Part shown: in pieces, positions 17,475 through 21,965 of the stretch | Layout of the letters: every line of letters starts with the position of its first letter | Numbering within the stretch: the stretch's first letter is position 1 | DNA from: Candidatus Thorarchaeota archaeon | GTDB taxonomy: Archaea > Asgardarchaeota > Thorarchaeia > Thorarchaeales > Thorarchaeaceae | DNA: 21,965 nucleotides | NCBI GenBank assembly: GCA_048882385.1 | Contig: JBHLRQ010000049.1 | Span: 1 to 21,965 of the forward strand | Direction of reading: 5' to 3' | The notes under the pieces: generated by a model | What the model was told of the DNA's origin: nothing | The model's database searches: none | The model's input: the letters and a program-made list of their open reading frames with translations, nothing else | Position numbers and translations under genes: made by a program

Positions 17475-18455
17475 TTACGCATACCCAATGGGACCTCTCT
17501 GTATATTTCTAATATATGAGTAAGCCGAATCTGCTGAGATTGCCCCATGTCCAACTGCAACAGCGATTTGTTTCATCGACTCCACGACATCCCCAGCTGC
17601 AAAAACTCCTGCAATATTCGTCGCCTGCTTTGCATCGACAATTATCTCTCCGCGTTCATTTGTTTCAACGCCAATACTCTTGGCAAGTGTACTCTCAGGA
17701 TTTGAACCAAGTGCGATGAAAGCACCCTCAATTGGAAGCGATCTGATTTCTCCCGTTTTTACATTCTCAAGAACAAGCTCATTTACTAGATCATTCCCCT
17801 TGATCTCCTTGATAATTGTGTCCCATATTATCTCAACACTTGAGTTGAACACATAGTCTTGGACAATTTTTTCAGCTCTGAGTTCGTCTCTTCTATGAAT
17901 CAAATACACCTTCTGAACTACTTCTGATAGATACAGGGCTTCTGTTACAGCTGTATTTCCACCACCAACTACAGCAACTGTCTTGTCCCTGAACAACGGA
18001 CCGTCACACGTGGCACAGTAGCTCACACCTCTTCCTGTCAAAAGTTCCTCTCCGGGAACACCGAGATGTTTGTGGCCGCCTCCAGTGGCAAGTATGATGG
18101 CCTTGGCTCTATATATTCCTCGCCGAGTGCTTAGAAGGAAATCTCCATCGTCACCTTCTCTCTCAATGGTTTTTACTTCAGTGATTTCCTTGATGATCGC
18201 CCCGCATTTTTTGACCTGCTCTTTCATTTTGTTTGCAAGTTCTAGACCAACTATGAAGGTGTATCCGGGGTAATTTTCAATGCCTGGACTTGTTGCTTGA
18301 GCTCCTCCTAGGACCTTTGATTCAAGTAGGAGTGTTTTCAGTCCATATCGGGCACCATAGATTGATGCAGTCATTCCCGCAGGACCGCCACCTATTACTA
18401 TTAATTCCCAGTCCAAGTCTTCCGTCAAATCAAAGTCTCCATTTTTTTGGTCCAA
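17475..18455 (-). CDS. trxB: thioredoxin reductase
   Basis: IGGGPAG (FAD), GVSYCATCDG (redox CxxC), VGGGNTA and HRRDELRA (NADPH), GVFAAGD. Start is uncertain (TTG 18455 or TTG 18428). Confidence 0.95.
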   Translation of the reverse strand: MDQKNGDFDLTEDLDWELIVIGGGPAGMTASIYGARYGLKTLLLESKVLGGAQATSPGIENYPGYTFIVGLELANKMKEQVKKCGAIIKEITEVKTIEREGDDGDFLLSTRRGIYRAKAIILATGGGHKHLGVPGEELLTGRGVSYCATCDGPLFRDKTVAVVGGGNTAVTEALYLSEVVQKVYLIHRRDELRAEKIVQDYVFNSSVEIIWDTIIKEIKGNDLVNELVLENVKTGEIRSLPIEGAFIALGSNPESTLAKSIGVETNERGEIIVDAKQATNIAGVFAAGDVVESMKQIAVAVGHGAISADSAYSYIRNIQRGPIGYA

Positions 18456-18483
18456 GAATCATTTTCTGAACTTTCCATAAGGC

Positions 18484-19356
18484 TTAATCTTTCTTTCCGG
18501 TATAGCAATCAATGCCAAGCTCTTTCATACTAAAAGAGGATATGTCCATTTCTGGTCTGACTTCAAGTCGATTAGTTGGTCTTAGCAAATCTGAGATGCG
18601 ACTAAAGGTGACTTCCCTAATTGGAAGTTGTCCTCTCTTCATGAGATAGGCCGCTTTCCTAAATTTCTCTGGATCATAACTGAAGACGTGACCTGGGCCA
18701 ACTACGAGAACAATATCACTTGCTTCTAATCCATCCCAAGGCCAAGCAACATCGTTGAATCCTTCAATGATAACTACGTCAGCAATATTCTCAATGAATG
18801 CAAAGGATTCAGAAACGTATTGCTCATAATTCAGGTTTTCAAATTCCTGCAATTCTTCCAGGTTATTGATCTCGAGGATACTCGTTTCTTTTGTGAGCCT
18901 GCCCACCTCATCATACCCAATGAGAAGTCTCTCTTCTTGAAGCAGATTCATTGCCACTAGTACGGTGGAATCAATAGCCCTTCCTGAGGGCTTGCTAAAC
19001 CTTTCCATGGTAAGAATTGAATTGGATCCAGAAAGAGCCAAGGTATTGGGGAGAGTCTGTAGAGGTTTCTCTATTCTCATCGGTACGAAGAGGCTATGAA
19101 TTGGATTTGCGATTTCGATCGGGCTCTTCGGTTTTAGTGTTTGTCTCACAATAATAGCATCTTTCGAAGCCAGTACACCTCTCTCCATACAAACTTTCGA
19201 GTGTTCATAATTGTACCAATAATTATGTCCACTGAGCGGTTTGAAGTACTCAACAGAATGACCAGTTTCTGAAAATGCTTTGACTAACTTCAACGCAAGC
19301 CGTGTCTTACCACTGTCGAAACTATTCATTCCAGTAAGTAAGATCCGCGTTGTCAT
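18484..19356 (-). CDS. archaeal predicted P-loop ATPase (dethiobiotin-synthase-like fold, COG4028-like)
   Basis: RILLTGMNSFDSGKT Walker A, FKPLSGHNYWY, NPIH, VVIIEGFND; start moved to ATG 19356 (MTTRILL). Confidence 0.75.
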   Translation of the reverse strand: MTTRILLTGMNSFDSGKTRLALKLVKAFSETGHSVEYFKPLSGHNYWYNYEHSKVCMERGVLASKDAIIVRQTLKPKSPIEIANPIHSLFVPMRIEKPLQTLPNTLALSGSNSILTMERFSKPSGRAIDSTVLVAMNLLQEERLLIGYDEVGRLTKETSILEINNLEELQEFENLNYEQYVSESFAFIENIADVVIIEGFNDVAWPWDGLEASDIVLVVGPGHVFSYDPEKFRKAAYLMKRGQLPIREVTFSRISDLLRPTNRLEVRPEMDISSFSMKELGIDCYTGKKD

Positions 19357-19369
19357 TCTCGATTCCTCT

Positions 19370-19403
19370 TTGAAAAAGAGAAGAGTGGAGCCTTGCGGCT
19401 CCA
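19370..19403 (-). terminator. hairpin + pyrimidine/U tract downstream of the thermosome gene
   Basis: Minus strand reads TGGAGCC-GCAA-GGCTCCA (perfect 7-bp stem, 19403-19386) followed by CTCTTCTCTTTTTC, starting 18 nt after the thermosome stop. Confidence 0.65.
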
Positions 19404-19421
19404 AAATTCAATGAATTTCGA

Positions 19422-21080
19422 TTACATCATACCGGGCATGCCGCCCATTCCACCAGGCATACCACCCATTCCACCAGCACCTGGAGGTGGACCGGATGTT
19501 GCCTTAGCAGCAATGACATCATCGATTCTGAGAATCATCTGAGCTGCCTCAGCTGCTGAGCGGATAGCTTGGCTCTTGACTCGAGCTGGTTCAATCACAC
19601 CTGCTTTCATCATGTCTATGGTCTTGCCATTAATTACATCAACGCCAAACCAAGTTCCAGTTTCTTTTGAATGGTCCTTGTTTAGGTCTGCAATGATGTC
19701 AATGGGATCATGACCACCATTCTCGGTGAGTGTCTTCGGAATAACGCGGAGGGCTTCAGCAAAGGCTTCGATTGCCAACTGCTCACGGCCACCAACTTTG
19801 TTTGCATAGCTCTCTAGTTGTCTAGCGATTTCAATCTCAGTTGCACCACCACCAGCAACATAGGTACTATCCTCAACAACATTCCTCACAACACAGAGTG
19901 CATCATGAAGTGCTCGGTCTGCCTCATCCACAACGTGCTCAGTTCCGCCACGTATCACAATGGACACAGCTTTGGGGTCCTTGCAGTCTTTGACGTAAAC
20001 AAGTTTATCGTCGCCAATCTTGACCTCTTCAACTATTCCAGCGGAACCAAGATAGTCAGCATCCAATTCATCTAGACTGGTAGCAATCTTTGCACCGGTT
20101 GCTTTTCCAAGCTTCTCCAATGTACTCTTCTTGGCTCTACGAAGTGCCATGATGCCCTTCTTAGCTAGGAAGTGTTGAGCCACATCATCAATTCCTTTCT
20201 GACAAATGAGAACATTTGCTCCAGTAGCTTCGATCTTGTCTACCATGTCAGTGAGCATTCTCTGTTCCTCATCAAGGAAAGCTTTGATCTGCTCAGGTCT
20301 GTCAATCTTGATCTCTGCATCGAACTCGGTCTTCTCGACCTCGATAGCTGCATCAACGAGAGCAATCTTTGCACCCTCGACCTTCTTTGGCATGGATGCG
20401 TGTACTATCTCCTTATCAATGACCATTCCCTTTACGAGCTCGGTTTCAGTAAGGCTCTTGCCTTGTTTCTTGATGATCTCAATCATTTCGATGTCAGCTC
20501 TGACTCTTCCATCAGTTTGCTCTGCAATCTGTAGAACTGCGTCAACAGCTATCTTTGAAAAGTGGTCCTTTGAACCAACTACAGACTTGCTGTTCATCGA
20601 GGTGGATGCAATACCGGTCAGGACTTTCTTGTCCATTCCTTCCATTGTCACTGCAATTCTCTTTAGTATGTCAGTAGCCTTCTCAGCTGCCTTCTGATAA
20701 CCTCCGACAATGATAGTCGGATGAATCTTCTTTTCCAACAAATCTTGAGCGCGTTTCAGGAGCTCTCCTGCAATCACGACAGAGGTAGTAGTACCATCTC
20801 CTGTTTCCTGATCCTGGCTCTTAGCCACTTCAACGAGCATCTTTGCTGCTGGGTGTTGTACATCAATCTCTTTCAGAATTGAAGCTCCATCGTTTGTGAT
20901 GGTGACATCTCCTAGGCTATCGACAAGCATCTTATCCATGCCACGAGGTCCTAGAGTTGACTTCACTGCATCAGAAATGACAATTCCAGCCATGATGTTG
21001 TTGGACTGTGCGGACTTGCCGCGTGTTCTTGAAGTACCCTCCTTCAGAATTAGGACGGGTGTTCCAGACATTTGTGCCAT
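19422..21080 (-). CDS. ths: thermosome subunit (group II chaperonin)
   Basis: PVLILKEG, STLGPRGMDKMLVD, TNDGASIL, GDGTTT, GGGATE, ILRIDDVI and a C-terminal GGM repeat tail. True start is ATG 21080 (MAQMSGTP); the 68-aa extension in the ORF track is non-homologous. Confidence 0.97.
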   Translation of the reverse strand: MAQMSGTPVLILKEGTSRTRGKSAQSNNIMAGIVISDAVKSTLGPRGMDKMLVDSLGDVTITNDGASILKEIDVQHPAAKMLVEVAKSQDQETGDGTTTSVVIAGELLKRAQDLLEKKIHPTIIVGGYQKAAEKATDILKRIAVTMEGMDKKVLTGIASTSMNSKSVVGSKDHFSKIAVDAVLQIAEQTDGRVRADIEMIEIIKKQGKSLTETELVKGMVIDKEIVHASMPKKVEGAKIALVDAAIEVEKTEFDAEIKIDRPEQIKAFLDEEQRMLTDMVDKIEATGANVLICQKGIDDVAQHFLAKKGIMALRRAKKSTLEKLGKATGAKIATSLDELDADYLGSAGIVEEVKIGDDKLVYVKDCKDPKAVSIVIRGGTEHVVDEADRALHDALCVVRNVVEDSTYVAGGGATEIEIARQLESYANKVGGREQLAIEAFAEALRVIPKTLTENGGHDPIDIIADLNKDHSKETGTWFGVDVINGKTIDMMKAGVIEPARVKSQAIRSAAEAAQMILRIDDVIAAKATSGPPPGAGGMGGMPGGMGGMPGMM

Positions 21081-21103
21081 TATTGTTTCCCCAATTGGTT
21101 TTC

Positions 21104-21180
21104 GACAGTTGCACTTTATTCCTAGGATAGTGTAGTGTAACTGTCCATTATGAAAAGTGTACATGCACTTCGTGCTGTAC
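21104..21180 (-). promoter_or_regulatory. two inverted repeats upstream of the thermosome gene
   Basis: GACAGTTGCACT (21104-21115) / AGTGTAACTGTC (21134-21145), 11 of 12 complementary. GTACA-T-GCAC-TTC-GTGC-TGTAC (21159-21180). Confidence 0.5.
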
Positions 21181-21206
21181 AGCCTGATTCCTTCTGCTGG
21201 ATTTTC

Positions 21207-21216
21207 GTTTTTAAAG
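21207..21216 (-). promoter_or_regulatory. candidate TATA box for the thermosome gene
   Basis: Minus strand CTTTAAAAAC about 130 nt upstream of the ATG; motif match only. Confidence 0.35.
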
Positions 21217-21474
21217 CTTGCCAAACACACCTGAATTTCTAGGAGAAGAGTCATTCGATAGCATCCACTACTTCTTTTGTTCAAGTGACAATCAGAACAT
21301 GTCCAGCACCCTCGATATTCAGCAAATCTGAATTTGGGATGGCTCCCGAACTATCTCCACTGAGGACAATCTCGTACGAGTGTTTCACTTCCGATTTTCT
21401 TTTTAACCAAGAAATTAGAGAAACAATGAACCAGAAAATGAGGTGCCCTGGCACTATCCAATGGGGTTGGAGAA

Positions 21475-21965
21475 ATGGACAACAAAGAAGGAGACTCTGA
21501 TAATCGGCTTGAATTATATGGTACAAGCCCATTTCCAATTAATCTGTTGATGGTGTTAGTCACATTATTCCTGCCCATAGGGGGAGTTAATCTCATCTAC
21601 AACTTTGAACAGATGCCTCCCATGATCTACAGCGCTTTCTGGGTATTTCCCGGGACGAGTTTCTTCTCTCTCTTCAAACCATGGGAATTATTGAGCACAA
21701 TTTGGCTGACCATTCCGCTATGCTCATTCAACTTTCTCTTTATGCGTGAGATTAATCGTTTCTTTTCAGATTCAGCCTCTCGCGATATTGTCGTTTTTTA
21801 TGGAGTTCTGAGTGTGATTGCTCCGAGTGCAATCTCGCTCTATTTGTGGGTTGAACATATTCTACCCTACATCATCACACCAATTCCCATCCAGTTCATT
21901 GTTGGAGTCTATCTTTTGTACAAATTCAGGGATCCGGACTATATTTCACCGTGGGCGGGATACTT
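21475..21965 (+). CDS. hypothetical multi-pass membrane protein; partial, runs off the right edge
   Basis: Not in the ORF track (no stop). Manual translation from ATG 21475 (GGAG upstream): MDNKEGDSDNRLELYGTSPFPINLLMVLVTLFLPIGG...TIWLTIPLCSFNFLF...VVFYGVLSVIAPSAISLYLW...IITPIPIQFIVGVYLLYKFRDPDYISPWAGY; about 4-5 hydrophobic segments. Confidence 0.8.
   Translation, partial: MDNKEGDSDNRLELYGTSPFPINLLMVLVTLFLPIGGVNLIYNFEQMPPMIYSAFWVFPGTSFFSLFKPWELLSTIWLTIPLCSFNFLFMREINRFFSDSASRDIVVFYGVLSVIAPSAISLYLWVEHILPYIITPIPIQFIVGVYLLYKFRDPDYISPWAGY

Noticed and set aside
19425-19475. Short tandem repeats at the end of the thermosome gene
   Set aside because: They encode the ordinary GGM-rich chaperonin tail.
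4-21135. Many 60-165 aa ORFs antisense to or nested in the main genes (e.g. 2346-2771, 7340-7780, 20206-20697)
   Set aside because: Shadow frames of well-supported genes, with no motifs of their own.
21104-21145. Canonical CIRCE/HrcA operator
   Set aside because: The half-sites deviate from TTAGCACTC and the spacer is much longer than 9 nt; kept only as a generic inverted repeat.
21081-21284. 68-aa N-terminal extension of the thermosome in the ORF track
   Set aside because: Homology begins at MAQMSGTP (21080); the upstream stretch looks like promoter and leader sequence.
21281-21596. Short ORFs 21281-21538 (-), 21285-21500 (+) and 21351-21596 (-)
   Set aside because: They overlap each other and the better-supported membrane gene at 21475, and have no recognisable motifs.

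Overview
Densely coding archaeal chromosomal window. The gene set is archaeal: group II chaperonin, HMG-CoA synthase/thiolase/DUF35, DUF359 dephospho-CoA kinase and a SAMP-like protein. An Asgard (Thorarchaeia-like) origin is my impression only and needs a database check. Order: (1) a minus-strand nuoE-nuoF-nuoG-like (HydCBA/Bfu-type) Fe-S flavoprotein operon running off the left edge, whose large subunit lacks a Mo/W ligand and an H-cluster; (2) a SAM methyltransferase; (3) NAD(P)HX repair enzyme Nnr; (4) a PPAT-DPCK CoA-synthesis fusion; (5) two tandem metallophosphoesterases; (6) the mevalonate-entry operon; (7) a ubiquitin-like MoaD/ThiS/SAMP protein; (8) a co-oriented run of four poorly understood genes: a secreted prenyltransferase-repeat protein, an apparent HerA-like pseudo-ATPase, an AbrB-ACT protein and an AsnB-like ligase without its catalytic Cys; (9) trxB; (10) a P-loop ATPase; (11) the thermosome, with a hairpin-rich upstream region; (12) a partial membrane protein. 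No rRNA, tRNA, CRISPR array or mobile element was recognised. The best candidate for an undescribed system is the 12.2-17.4 kb block. All family calls come from reading motifs by eye, not from searches.
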